A stretch of 64,000 nucleotides of DNA from Salinispira sp. (GCA_965602015.1 OZ271918.1:2432001-2496000); one strand, 5' to 3'; numbered from the stretch's first letter, positions 10,295 through 19,712 are shown. Numbers and translations are program-made. Notes: a model not told the origin generated them from the sequence alone.

Positions 10295-10785
10295 TGCTTC
10301 TGTGCTTTTTCGTAGGCAGACAAAAGCCGCCTTTGCTGACCCGGCTTGAGGTACTCGTAAAAAAGTTTTCCAACCAGGTGGTCGTACTCGTGCTGAATAA
10401 CCCGGGCCAGAAGTCCGTCGGCTTCCATTGAGAACGCCTTGCCGTTTTCATCCCAGGCATCGACCTGCAGGGCCTCGGGCCGCAGCACATCGGCATAGAC
10501 CCCGGGAATGCTTAAACAGCCCTCTTCGTAGGGTTCGAGATTGTCGGAAAATCCGCGTATAGTCGGGTTGATAAAGACCCGGGGTTCGTCGTCCGGCGCA
10601 TGAACGACGAAGATATTCTCCATCCTTCCCACCTGCACGCCGGCAAGGCCGATTCCGTTTCCCCGGTGCATCGCGTCAATCATGTCCATGGCATAGGATT
10701 TGAGTTCACCATCGATATTTTTTACCTCCCTGGACGCCTGGTGAAGACGTTCATCGGGGAGAATGACAAGCTCGAGCATGGCCAT
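10291..10785 (-). CDS. def: Peptide deformylase
   Basis: GIGLAGVQ, EGCLS and QHEYDHL motifs. Confidence 0.97.
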   Translation of the reverse strand: MAMLELVILPDERLHQASREVKNIDGELKSYAMDMIDAMHRGNGIGLAGVQVGRMENIFVVHAPDDEPRVFINPTIRGFSDNLEPYEEGCLSIPGVYADVLRPEALQVDAWDENGKAFSMEADGLLARVIQHEYDHLVGKLFYEYLKPGQQRRLLSAYEKAQKQ

Positions 10786-10928
10786 AATGTAGGCAAAGGC
10801 CGGGCAAATGTCAACGAATCCTTGCGCCATCGCGTATGTGGCTCTATAGTGGGGAATACTAGGATACTCTGGTATTTTTGTCAGATATGATTTTCACAAT
10901 ACAGCCCCTGCGAACTTGAGGAGGACGG

Positions 10929-12395
10929 ATGCGACGCATCACGGTAGCCCGGGGAGACGGTATCGGCCCCGAAATAATGGATGCCACCCTAAAAATACTT
11001 TCTGCCGCCAAAGCGGAAATAGAACCGGACTTTATTGAAATCGGCGAGGCCCAGTACCTCGCCGGCAACACTGCGGGCATCGGCGACGAAGCCTGGGAGA
11101 GCATCAGGAAAAACCGGGTGGTGCTTAAAGCGCCGATTACCACTCCTCAGGGAGGAGGATACAAGAGTCTCAATGTCACAATCAGGAAGACCCTCGGGCT
11201 CTTCGCGAATGTGCGTCCATGCCGCTCGTTCACCCCGTACGTCGAAACCTATCATCCCCATCTGGACGTGGTCATCATCAGGGAAAACGAGGAAGACCTC
11301 TACGCGGGAATCGAACACCGTCAGACCGTCGACGTGACTCAGGCCCTCAAGCTCATTACCAGGCCCGGGAGCGAACGAATAATCCGCTACGCCTTTGAGT
11401 ATGCCCGGGCATACGGCCGAAAAAAGGTTACGGTAATGATAAAAGACAACATCATGAAGATTACCGACGGCATGTTCCACCGCATCTTTCAGGAAATCAT
11501 GAAAGACTATCCCGATATAGAAACCGAACAGCAAATAATCGATATCGGTACCGCGCGGCTGGCGTCGGCCCCGGAACGCTATGATGTGGTGGTGGCCCCG
11601 AATCTTTACGGTGATATTATTTCCGACGTGGTTGCGGAAATATCCGGGTCAGTCGGCATGGCCGGGTCGGCGAATATCGGCCGGGAAACCGCGATGTTCG
11701 AAGCCATCCATGGATCTGCACCGGACATTGCGGGGAAGAAACTGGCCAATCCCTCAGGACTGATAAACGCCTCGGTCATGATGCTTGTTCACCTCGGGAT
11801 GGCCGAGACCGCGGCACGCATCGAGAACGCCTGGCTGAAGACCATTGAAGACGGAATACACACTGCGGAAATCTACTCGGAGAGCCACAGCAGCCATTTG
11901 GCAAACACCGATGAATTTGCCGACGCGGTCATCGAACGGCTGGGAAGCGGCCCGAAATTCTTTCACGGGGCGGAATTTTCTCTTGAAGCCAAACCGATAG
12001 CGGTGGCGGACTATGTCCGCCCGGATGTCGAAAAGGTGCTGGTAGGGGTGGACGTCTTTCTCGACGACCGAAGCCGTACCCCTGATGAGCTGGGTCAGGC
12101 CCTCGAGCAAATTGCGGCGGCCTGCCGGAGCGAAATTATTCTCAAGGTGATTACCAACCGCGGCGTCAAGGTGTACCCCAAGGGATTTCCCGAGACCTTC
12201 ATTACCGATCACTGGCGCTGCCGCTTCACGTTGAAGGGTGTTCTTCCCAGCGAACCGGCGCCCGGCGCATTGGACGCCGAGTCGGTCATTGAACTTCAGC
12301 AGCTGTTACTTGGAGCCGGTCTCGAAGTGATCAAGACTGAGAATCTGTATTTCTTTGACGGGAAACCCGGCTACTCGCTGGCGCAGGGTGAGTAA
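10929..12395 (+). CDS. icd: NADP-dependent isocitrate dehydrogenase (Thermus/Rickettsia-type with C-terminal extension)
   Basis: GDGIGPEI, KAPITTPQGGGYKSLNV, NLYGDIISD, EAIHGSAPDIAG, TDHWRCRF. Confidence 0.93.
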   Translation: MRRITVARGDGIGPEIMDATLKILSAAKAEIEPDFIEIGEAQYLAGNTAGIGDEAWESIRKNRVVLKAPITTPQGGGYKSLNVTIRKTLGLFANVRPCRSFTPYVETYHPHLDVVIIRENEEDLYAGIEHRQTVDVTQALKLITRPGSERIIRYAFEYARAYGRKKVTVMIKDNIMKITDGMFHRIFQEIMKDYPDIETEQQIIDIGTARLASAPERYDVVVAPNLYGDIISDVVAEISGSVGMAGSANIGRETAMFEAIHGSAPDIAGKKLANPSGLINASVMMLVHLGMAETAARIENAWLKTIEDGIHTAEIYSESHSSHLANTDEFADAVIERLGSGPKFFHGAEFSLEAKPIAVADYVRPDVEKVLVGVDVFLDDRSRTPDELGQALEQIAAACRSEIILKVITNRGVKVYPKGFPETFITDHWRCRFTLKGVLPSEPAPGALDAESVIELQQLLLGAGLEVIKTENLYFFDGKPGYSLAQGE

Positions 12396-14718
12396 CAGCT
12401 TCAGGGTTTGAGTCGGGGGTTTTACCCGCGCCGGCTTCGTCGGCATTCCCGGAGGTTTCGGGCTTTTCGTCAACCGCTTCCTCCGCCTCTTCGCCGGGGC
12501 GGGTGAGCGGCAGGACGAACCAGAACTCGCTGCCGTCGCCCGGCGAGGACGTGAAACCCGCCTCCCCTCCCTGGGCTTCCACGAGTTTACGGCTAATTGC
12601 GAGGCCTAATCCTGTACCCTCGATATCCCGCACATTAAACGTGCGGCCGAATTCCCTGAAAATGAGGTGATGCTCCGCGGGATCAATGCCGATCCCCTGG
12701 TCCCGTACGGAAAAGCGCAGCAGTTCGCGGTTGCGACGGATAACCACCTCAACGGCAAGCTCTACGGTTCCCGAGTCGCTGTATTTAACCGCATTGCTGA
12801 GGAAATTCATAAGTATCTGTTTGACCCGGTAATGGTCAACAACGATTCTCTCGGGGACGTCGGAGGCAATTTGCCGGCTTAGCTCGAGAAGGGCGGTTTT
12901 TCCTTTGGCCCGGCAATAGCTCTCGCCGTGTACCATCGCGTAATTAATTATCTCGCTGAGGCTGCATTCTTCCGGGTGGATATCGATCGATCCCGATTCG
13001 ATTCGGGAAAGGTTGATAACGTCATCGACGATGTGAATCAGGGTCTTTCCCGCCTCGCTGATGTTGCGGTACGCCTTCAGCTTGCCCCGTTCTTCCTCTC
13101 CGATGAGGGCCTCGAGTTTGGCCATGACCGCCCGGGTTTCCTCCATCTCCTGCTTGTTGAGGTTTTTCGATTCCATGCTGTCTGCAAGCTTCCTGTGGAG
13201 ATAATACATGGCGTTCGAGTCTTCAAACAGAAAGTCCCTGATTCCCGCAAGCTCGGCCGGGGCCTTGTCTCCGAGCTTTTCTGACAATTCCTCCAGGAGA
13301 ACCGCCATATCGTCGTTTTTATCGTAGGCCCCGTAGCTCAAAAGGTCGGTAATGCCGCTGATGCTGTTCAGCGGCGTGCGAAACTCGTGATTCATATTCA
13401 CCAGGAACTTCGACTTGTGAACGTTGGCCATTTCCGCGCGGACTCTGGCGGCTTCGGCTTCCTGGGTGCGCTCCCGCACCTTGTCTTCAAGATTCTGCGC
13501 GTACTCGAGAATCTCCCGCCGCTGTTGACGGATCTTGTCGAGGCTGACGGTAAGTTCCCGGGCGAGCAGGTTGAAGCTTCCGGCAAGATCGCCGATCTCG
13601 TCATTGCTGTGAACCGGCAGCTCGTCGAATCCCCGTTCGCTGCCTATGCTTTTGCGCAGGTTCTCGACTCCTTGGTTGAGATTGATGATCGGCGCGACCA
13701 CGTACATGGTGATCAGCAGGCTCATCAACAGGACCAGAATAAAGAGGGCTGAAATTATTACCCAGAGGTATTCGATTTCCTCAGGAGCCCCGAGTTCCTG
13801 GCGGGGTATGGAAACCTGAGCCAGGAGCAGTTCGTCCCGGGTTTGGAGCAGGGGTAGATAGCCTGAAAGTTCCTGGCGCTCGGCATTTTCCAGGGTCGCG
13901 ATGAACTCCGCATCAAAAAAAAGCCGGGAATCCTGACCCGCTTCGCTGTCCGATTGTGTGAGAAACTCGCCAAAATTTCGCATGGCTTCCGGGGGGAGGC
14001 TGATACTTTCAATGCGTTCGGCATATTCATTGATTGCTGTGGAAAAAAACACCGGAACCGTCAGGCGCTCGGGCGGGCTGCCAAGAAGCTCCGCGGTTCG
14101 AACCGAGTAGATGCTGGTTTTCATTCCCGACACCCTTCGAAGAGCATCGAATACGTATGAATCGACGCTTGACTGCACAAGCACAAAATCCGGCTCTTCG
14201 GAACTGCGCTGCCGCCGAAACCCGTTCATGAGCACAATGCGCCCGTCGTCAAAACTGATGCGCTGCAGCGAAGGGCCCTCGCTGTTGAGGTATTCGGGCA
14301 AATCTTCTGGCTCGGGAAAAAATACCGGCAGGACGGCTTCGGGGGGGCAGCATTCGAACGAGCTGTCGTACAGGCTTGCGCCGTCTCTTTGGGCAATAAA
14401 AACACCTCTGCCCTCGCCGAGGATTCGATCCTCACGGGTGAGGGATTCGATGAGAAAATCACCGCTGTCTCCCACTGCCCGGGAAAAGGCAAAGAGGCTG
14501 CGCCACTCCTCATCCAGCAGCGCCAAAAGGCTCGTGCGGCCATACTCGAGATTTGCCATCCGGTTTTGCAGGTTTATGTCGTCGAATTGCTGCTTAACAT
14601 ATACCGCCACTATAGCCGCGGGTACGACCATGACGGCGAGAAAAATTATCGCAAGCTTGACCAGAAGCGAGAGCCGCAGATTCCCCATAAACCTGAGTAT
14701 ACCATCATTCGCGTTCAT
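12331..14718 (-). CDS. Membrane sensor histidine kinase (periplasmic domain, HAMP, HisKA with insertion, HATPase_c)
   Basis: Two TM helices, HAMP (NDEIGDLAGSFN), H-box NHEFRTPLN, N-box NFLSNAVKY, G1 DQGIGI, G2 GTGLGL. Confidence 0.93.
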   Translation of the reverse strand: MNANDGILRFMGNLRLSLLVKLAIIFLAVMVVPAAIVAVYVKQQFDDINLQNRMANLEYGRTSLLALLDEEWRSLFAFSRAVGDSGDFLIESLTREDRILGEGRGVFIAQRDGASLYDSSFECCPPEAVLPVFFPEPEDLPEYLNSEGPSLQRISFDDGRIVLMNGFRRQRSSEEPDFVLVQSSVDSYVFDALRRVSGMKTSIYSVRTAELLGSPPERLTVPVFFSTAINEYAERIESISLPPEAMRNFGEFLTQSDSEAGQDSRLFFDAEFIATLENAERQELSGYLPLLQTRDELLLAQVSIPRQELGAPEEIEYLWVIISALFILVLLMSLLITMYVVAPIINLNQGVENLRKSIGSERGFDELPVHSNDEIGDLAGSFNLLARELTVSLDKIRQQRREILEYAQNLEDKVRERTQEAEAARVRAEMANVHKSKFLVNMNHEFRTPLNSISGITDLLSYGAYDKNDDMAVLLEELSEKLGDKAPAELAGIRDFLFEDSNAMYYLHRKLADSMESKNLNKQEMEETRAVMAKLEALIGEEERGKLKAYRNISEAGKTLIHIVDDVINLSRIESGSIDIHPEECSLSEIINYAMVHGESYCRAKGKTALLELSRQIASDVPERIVVDHYRVKQILMNFLSNAVKYSDSGTVELAVEVVIRRNRELLRFSVRDQGIGIDPAEHHLIFREFGRTFNVRDIEGTGLGLAISRKLVEAQGGEAGFTSSPGDGSEFWFVLPLTRPGEEAEEAVDEKPETSGNADEAGAGKTPDSNPEAVTHPAPASSRVSRQRNTDSQS

Positions 14719-14732
14719 TGTGCATCGCTCCC

Positions 14733-16370
14733 CTAATCGAGAATAAGCCTGATGCGTTGTCCATACGCAGATGGATCGATGTTTTCCTCCTCGAGATAGG
14801 CGAGAAAGACCGGAAGCAGGCTGTCGGCATGCTGGGTAATCACCGGAAACGATGAAAACTGATCATAGCCGTCTCCTCCGCTATAGAGGTAGCTGGTAAT
14901 AGTGACCTGATAAATATCAAGAGTATCGATGGGACTCCCGCCTATTTCCACCCGCTCGGGATTTATGAAATACCCTGCGCCGTCTTCTTCAATCGAAAAG
15001 CGAAGCCCGGATGCCTGGAGGAAACCCTTCTCATTTTCTGGGTCGCCGAAATAGCTAACCGACTGGCGAAGCACATCGAGGATATCCTCCCCGGACATTT
15101 CGATAGAATAAAGCCCGGACTCGAAAGGCAGGAGACTGTAGGCGTCGAAGAGACTAACCGGTCCTGCGGGTAGGTCTCCCCTTATAGAGCCCGAATTGAT
15201 TAGGGCGATATCCGCACCGCTGTAGTCGCGGATGGCATCGCTGATCAGATCCGCCACACCGGAGGGACCGGAAAATCGATGCTCAAGGTCCACGGGCATG
15301 TCCGCAATTTCGGTGTTGAGCTGAGATTCCGAAGCCTGCCGTATGCTGAAAAGAAGTTCGCTAATTTCTTCATCCGGTTCGATGAGGTCCGACCGGAGGG
15401 GAAACTCGTCATATGCCGTCGGACGGCTGTTTCGCACCATCATCCGGTCCATGGTTAACGCATTGTCGCTGCGCCGGTCGTCAACCAGCACCAGCCGTCC
15501 ATGCCAATGGGTGTAGTCCTGCCATGCCGGAATCGCATCCCGGCTAGCCGGCAGGGGATACCAGGGGAGCCGGGGCTGCGGTGCAAGTCCGTCAACCGGC
15601 AGATCCCTCTCGCCGAGAATGAGTAGATCGATAAACTCAAACTCCTCAAGCTCGTCAAGGATGGAGTTTCCGTCGTCGTTGCTTAATTTATGGCTGACGG
15701 CGTTGACTACAATGAACGGGCGCTCGATAGACGGTTCCTGCTCAGCGCGTATTGCCGTCGAATGCTCCGAGGAAAAACGCCGAAGCGCGTCGCGCACCGC
15801 GGCCCCGGGACTGATGAGGTTGAGGCCCGCAACATTTGCCGGGAGATTGCGGGTAATCAGGTTGGGACTGGACAGTCCGATAATAAGCACATTGCTTTCC
15901 CTATCGTAATAGTACGGCTCCAGATAGGGAGGAATTCCGCCGTCAGATGCTTGTCGCAAATTCGCGGACACAAAGGGGAACTCGGCTAACTGGGCCAGCT
16001 CGGCCAGCCTCTGGGTTCCGTAATAAAATTCCCGGGAATCAGCCACCAGCACATCGCAGCCGAGATAATTAAGCAGGTCGATAATGTTTTCACCACGGGA
16101 AAAGTAGGCCGCGGGAGTCCCGTGGATGATATTGTTATCGGCCATAAAAATTGTCGGCTCGGAACCCCGTCTCAAACTGCCGAGCTGAGAGCTTATAAGG
16201 CTGAATCCCCCCTGCCTCAAATCCTGCCCTTCAATGGTTTCGCTGAAAATGGTTCCCTTGAGGGCGTGTATGCTGATGATGTCAAAGTTAGGGGAAAAGT
16301 CCTGCTGACACGAGAGGAAAAGACCCAGCAGGGCCACAAGCGCCAGAAGCGCCGGTTTATTTATCCTCAC
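14733..16370 (-). CDS. 5'-nucleotidase/UshA-fold lipoprotein, apparently catalytically degenerate
   Basis: Lipobox LFLSC; FPFVSANL, NSGSIRGD, LPFE and GGDGY of the 5'-nucleotidase family; metallophosphoesterase motifs altered (see findings). Confidence 0.85.
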   Translation of the reverse strand: MRINKPALLALVALLGLFLSCQQDFSPNFDIISIHALKGTIFSETIEGQDLRQGGFSLISSQLGSLRRGSEPTIFMADNNIIHGTPAAYFSRGENIIDLLNYLGCDVLVADSREFYYGTQRLAELAQLAEFPFVSANLRQASDGGIPPYLEPYYYDRESNVLIIGLSSPNLITRNLPANVAGLNLISPGAAVRDALRRFSSEHSTAIRAEQEPSIERPFIVVNAVSHKLSNDDGNSILDELEEFEFIDLLILGERDLPVDGLAPQPRLPWYPLPASRDAIPAWQDYTHWHGRLVLVDDRRSDNALTMDRMMVRNSRPTAYDEFPLRSDLIEPDEEISELLFSIRQASESQLNTEIADMPVDLEHRFSGPSGVADLISDAIRDYSGADIALINSGSIRGDLPAGPVSLFDAYSLLPFESGLYSIEMSGEDILDVLRQSVSYFGDPENEKGFLQASGLRFSIEEDGAGYFINPERVEIGGSPIDTLDIYQVTITSYLYSGGDGYDQFSSFPVITQHADSLLPVFLAYLEEENIDPSAYGQRIRLILD

Positions 16371-16569
16371 TTAGTATGCTTTCCTCAATGGTCTTAAAAA
16401 AACTGTCCATGTTTGAACGGATTTTCTCCAGGAACTCTTCCTTTTCATCCTCGGCCATATCGTCCATGGCGCCGAGGCACAAAAGGTCTATGAGTCCCTT
16501 GAGCCGATTCATGTTTTCCCGAAGGAGGAAATCCGCCTCTTCCTTGTAGAGTTTCCCGAGTTTGCTCAT
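16357..16569 (-). CDS. Small HisKA/DHp-like protein lacking the phosphoacceptor His
   Basis: 70 aa; overlaps both neighbours (TGATG coupling upstream). DFLLRENMNRLKGLIDLLCLGAMD aligns with the kinase segment NHEFRTPLNSISGITDLLSYGAYD. Confidence 0.75.
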   Translation of the reverse strand: MSKLGKLYKEEADFLLRENMNRLKGLIDLLCLGAMDDMAEDEKEEFLEKIRSNMDSFFKTIEESILSEDK

Positions 16570-17006
16570 CAGCCCAACCCCATCCGCTGCCTGATTTTTT
16601 CCGGTATGCTCAGACCGAGCACCGTACTGATTTTCTGAAGCATTTCCGACTGATTGATCGGTTTGGTTATATATTCGGAGAACCCCGCCCTCAGGCAGCG
16701 GTCCCGGTCGGATTCCATACCGTCATGGGCGTCCATTGCCTGGGCGGTGACCGCCCAAATCGGGGTGTCCCGGAACTCAGGCAGGGTGCGGATGACCTTG
16801 ACCACCTCTATGCCCGAATCCTCCCGCTCCATCTTCACATCCATGAGAATGAGATCGGGCTTTTCATTTCTAATGATTTCCACGGATTTTACACCCTCCG
16901 ATGCTTCGAGGATGACGACGCCGGCTTTGGGCCCGAACAGCCTGAGCAGGGTTTTGAGAACATATCTGTTGGATTCCAGGTCATCGACAATCAATACTTT
17001 CGGCAT
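16569..17006 (-). CDS. Single-domain response regulator (DivK/CheY-like receiver)
   Basis: VLIVDD, DLILMD (phospho-Asp), AVTA, YITKP; ATG 17006 follows a GGAGG RBS. Confidence 0.92.
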   Translation of the reverse strand: MPKVLIVDDLESNRYVLKTLLRLFGPKAGVVILEASEGVKSVEIIRNEKPDLILMDVKMEREDSGIEVVKVIRTLPEFRDTPIWAVTAQAMDAHDGMESDRDRCLRAGFSEYITKPINQSEMLQKISTVLGLSIPEKIRQRMGLG

Positions 17007-17025
17007 GAATCCTCCTGGGACTGAA

Positions 17026-17733
17026 CTATATGCTATTATAAATTTGCAGTTTTTTCCACAAGGAATCATCCTGGACCGGTCTGGGGTCGGCGATTATGTC
17101 CATCTCTTCCCGGGAAACCGGATGAGTGAAGCTGAGGCGCCGGGCGTGAAGGCTGATCCCCCCCTGCGGGTTGCTTCTCTTGGCTCCGTATTTTAAATCA
17201 CCCCGAATATGAACGCCCAAGGTTTCAAGCTGAGCGCGGATCTGGTGATGCCGCCCGCTGTGCAGGCGAATTTCGAGCAGGTGGTAGCGCTCCGCGCTGT
17301 GAATCAGGCGGTAATCGAGGGACGCGGCCTTGCGCCGGGGGCCGTCGGAATCGAAGGCCTTGGACTTGTTGGTTTTAGCATTTTTTACGAGGAAATGCTC
17401 CAGCCGCCCCTCGACCGAGGGCGGCAGAGCGTCAACCAGGGCCCAATAGTATTTCCCCACGCCTGAGCCCGCGAAGAGACTGTTCATCCGGCTCAGGGCC
17501 TTGGATGTTTTGGCCAGGAGCAGAACCCCGCTGGTCGGGCGATCAAGGCGATGAATAAGGCCGAGAAAGGCATTGCCCGGTTTACCGTCCCGGATGCGGA
17601 TGAAGTCCCTGACCTCTTCAAGGAGCGGGCGGTCCCCGCTTTTATCGCCCTGAACCAGTTCGGAGCACGCCTTGTTGACCGCAATGAGGTGATTATCCTC
17701 GAAGAGAATCCGCTCTCCGATTCCTCCTACCAT
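17026..17733 (-). CDS. RluA-family pseudouridine synthase (no S4 domain)
   Basis: EDNHLIAVNK, HRLDRPTSG, GRHHQIR, GDLKYG, LHARRL. Confidence 0.93.
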   Translation of the reverse strand: MVGGIGERILFEDNHLIAVNKACSELVQGDKSGDRPLLEEVRDFIRIRDGKPGNAFLGLIHRLDRPTSGVLLLAKTSKALSRMNSLFAGSGVGKYYWALVDALPPSVEGRLEHFLVKNAKTNKSKAFDSDGPRRKAASLDYRLIHSAERYHLLEIRLHSGRHHQIRAQLETLGVHIRGDLKYGAKRSNPQGGISLHARRLSFTHPVSREEMDIIADPRPVQDDSLWKKLQIYNSI

Positions 17734-19712
17734 TGAACCGCCTGGAGAAGATATTCGCCCCGGCCTTCTTCGTAGTAGGGCATGACCACCAGGGTGTAGA
17801 CTCCGCTTTCTTCCACCGTAAAATCAATCCGGGAGTTGCTTCCGTCGTAGTCATCGTTTTCCAAAAACGCCTCGCCGTCGGGGTCATTTATATACAACCT
17901 GGTGTCGAAACTGTCGGATTCCACCGTTATGCTTACCGATTGACCCTCTACAAGCTCGATTTCCTCAATGTCAAAGCGGGTGCCCCGGATATCCCGCTGG
18001 TCGCTGCTGTCGATGCTGCCGCTAATCTGCAGAATGATGTTTGCCCGGCCGCCGGAGCTGTAGCTCACTTCGTACGCCCCGATGCTGTTGCTGAAGGCCT
18101 GGGCGACCAACTGATACACCCCGGTAACCGGAGCTATCAGCTCGAGGAGTGAATTCAGGTTTTCCAGTCCGTCGTCATTGCTGAATTCCTGTCCGTTGGG
18201 AGCCACGAGGGTGAGATAGGTATCGAGGTCCTCGGAAATCATGGTAATTCGAATCTGATTCCCCTCTTCGGCATAGATACTGTACAGGTCGCCGGGGCCG
18301 ACGTCGTAGATTTCTTCGGTACCGGTGATGGCCGCGGTAATGGTTTCATCGAGGGCGATCTCGTAACCGTCGGGATACTCTTCCATGCTGCCCAGTTGAG
18401 AAGGCCGGGTCCGCAATATATACTCGCCGCCGCCGGAACCGGAAAAGGAGCTCACGCCGATGGTAATTGTTCCCTGTTCTTCAAAAAAGTAGCTGAGCAC
18501 TGAGGCATAAATGTACTCTTCCAGGTAGGAGTCGTCGTCGAAGTAGCTGTTTCCCCTGCTGTCGGTGACGCTGAGATAGGTGTCAAAATCATCGCTCAGC
18601 AGTTCGACGACGACGAAATCTCCGGCGTTGCCCGAGAGCTCATAGCGGGTCTGGCCGCTCAACCGACCCCGGATCTCCTCATTCAGGGCGATAGTTTGGG
18701 GTCTGGAAACCAGCAGTTCAAAGCCGCCCCCGCCGCTGCCCCATGACGCCGCTTCTACGATAATCTCGTCTCCCGCTTCGAGATTGACGCTGAGCACAGA
18801 ATTGCTTCCGTCGCCGCCGTCATCGTCCTGAAGCTCCAGGCCGTCGGGACCGGTGACGCGCAGGACCGTGTCGAATTCCTGGCTGTTCATAAAAATCGTG
18901 AAGGATCCGCTTTCCGGGGCGACAAAGCTGTAGTACAGCGGCGCCCCGACAAGCCGGCCCCTGGTGATCCCCGAGGCCGATAATCGGGCCGGTTCGCCCA
19001 ACTCTTCAACAGTGAGGAAATAGCTTCCCCGGGACTCCCCTCCGAAGGAGGACGCGCCGACCAGAAGGTCCTGGTCCTGGCTGAAGGTGAGTACCGCGAT
19101 GCTGTCGCTGCCATCGCCGTCGTCCCAGCTTCGCAGCTGTCCGTCGGGGTAGCGGATATACAGGTACGCGTCAAAATCGCCGGACTCCAGAATGAGCTGA
19201 AGCCTGTCGCCGGCGCTTACCGCGAGGGGGTACCAGTTCACTATCCTGCCGGCTTCGCTGTCCACGGGAAGATCGGATGAAAGGGTTCCGCGCCTGGTCT
19301 GGCCGGGCTGAAGCGCCTCGTTGCCGCTGCTTCTGCTGACTTTGAGGAAGAACGAACCAGTGCCGTCAGATCGGGCATCGACGTACCCCACGGCAATACG
19401 CATGGTACCGCTTTCAAAGGCGAACTGGGTGACTGCCGCCTGGGAGCCCGTTCCCATGATTCCGCTGGAAAGCCCCGACGGACTGATAACCTCCAGATAA
19501 GGGGTGAAATCCAGGCTGATGGCTTCGATTGAAAGGTAATCGCCTTCGCGCACCTCGATGCTGTACCATTGCAGCTCGGACTGGCCATCCCCTCCCCGTC
19601 GGACGCTGATCTCGCCTGAGATATCAAGCAGTTCCTCCTGACCAAAAAGCGGTGAAGAAATCACCAGCAGTGCGAGAAGGGCGGTTTTGAGTACGTTGTT
19701 GAATTGTTTCAT
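17727..19712 (-). CDS. Secreted protein made of about six PPC (pre-peptidase C-terminal)-like repeats
   Basis: Signal peptide plus six repeats of S-x-DFD-x-YL...(PDG)...DDD...NS. Confidence 0.8.
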   Translation of the reverse strand: MKQFNNVLKTALLALLVISSPLFGQEELLDISGEISVRRGGDGQSELQWYSIEVREGDYLSIEAISLDFTPYLEVISPSGLSSGIMGTGSQAAVTQFAFESGTMRIAVGYVDARSDGTGSFFLKVSRSSGNEALQPGQTRRGTLSSDLPVDSEAGRIVNWYPLAVSAGDRLQLILESGDFDAYLYIRYPDGQLRSWDDGDGSDSIAVLTFSQDQDLLVGASSFGGESRGSYFLTVEELGEPARLSASGITRGRLVGAPLYYSFVAPESGSFTIFMNSQEFDTVLRVTGPDGLELQDDDGGDGSNSVLSVNLEAGDEIIVEAASWGSGGGGFELLVSRPQTIALNEEIRGRLSGQTRYELSGNAGDFVVVELLSDDFDTYLSVTDSRGNSYFDDDSYLEEYIYASVLSYFFEEQGTITIGVSSFSGSGGGEYILRTRPSQLGSMEEYPDGYEIALDETITAAITGTEEIYDVGPGDLYSIYAEEGNQIRITMISEDLDTYLTLVAPNGQEFSNDDGLENLNSLLELIAPVTGVYQLVAQAFSNSIGAYEVSYSSGGRANIILQISGSIDSSDQRDIRGTRFDIEEIELVEGQSVSITVESDSFDTRLYINDPDGEAFLENDDYDGSNSRIDFTVEESGVYTLVVMPYYEEGRGEYLLQAVQW

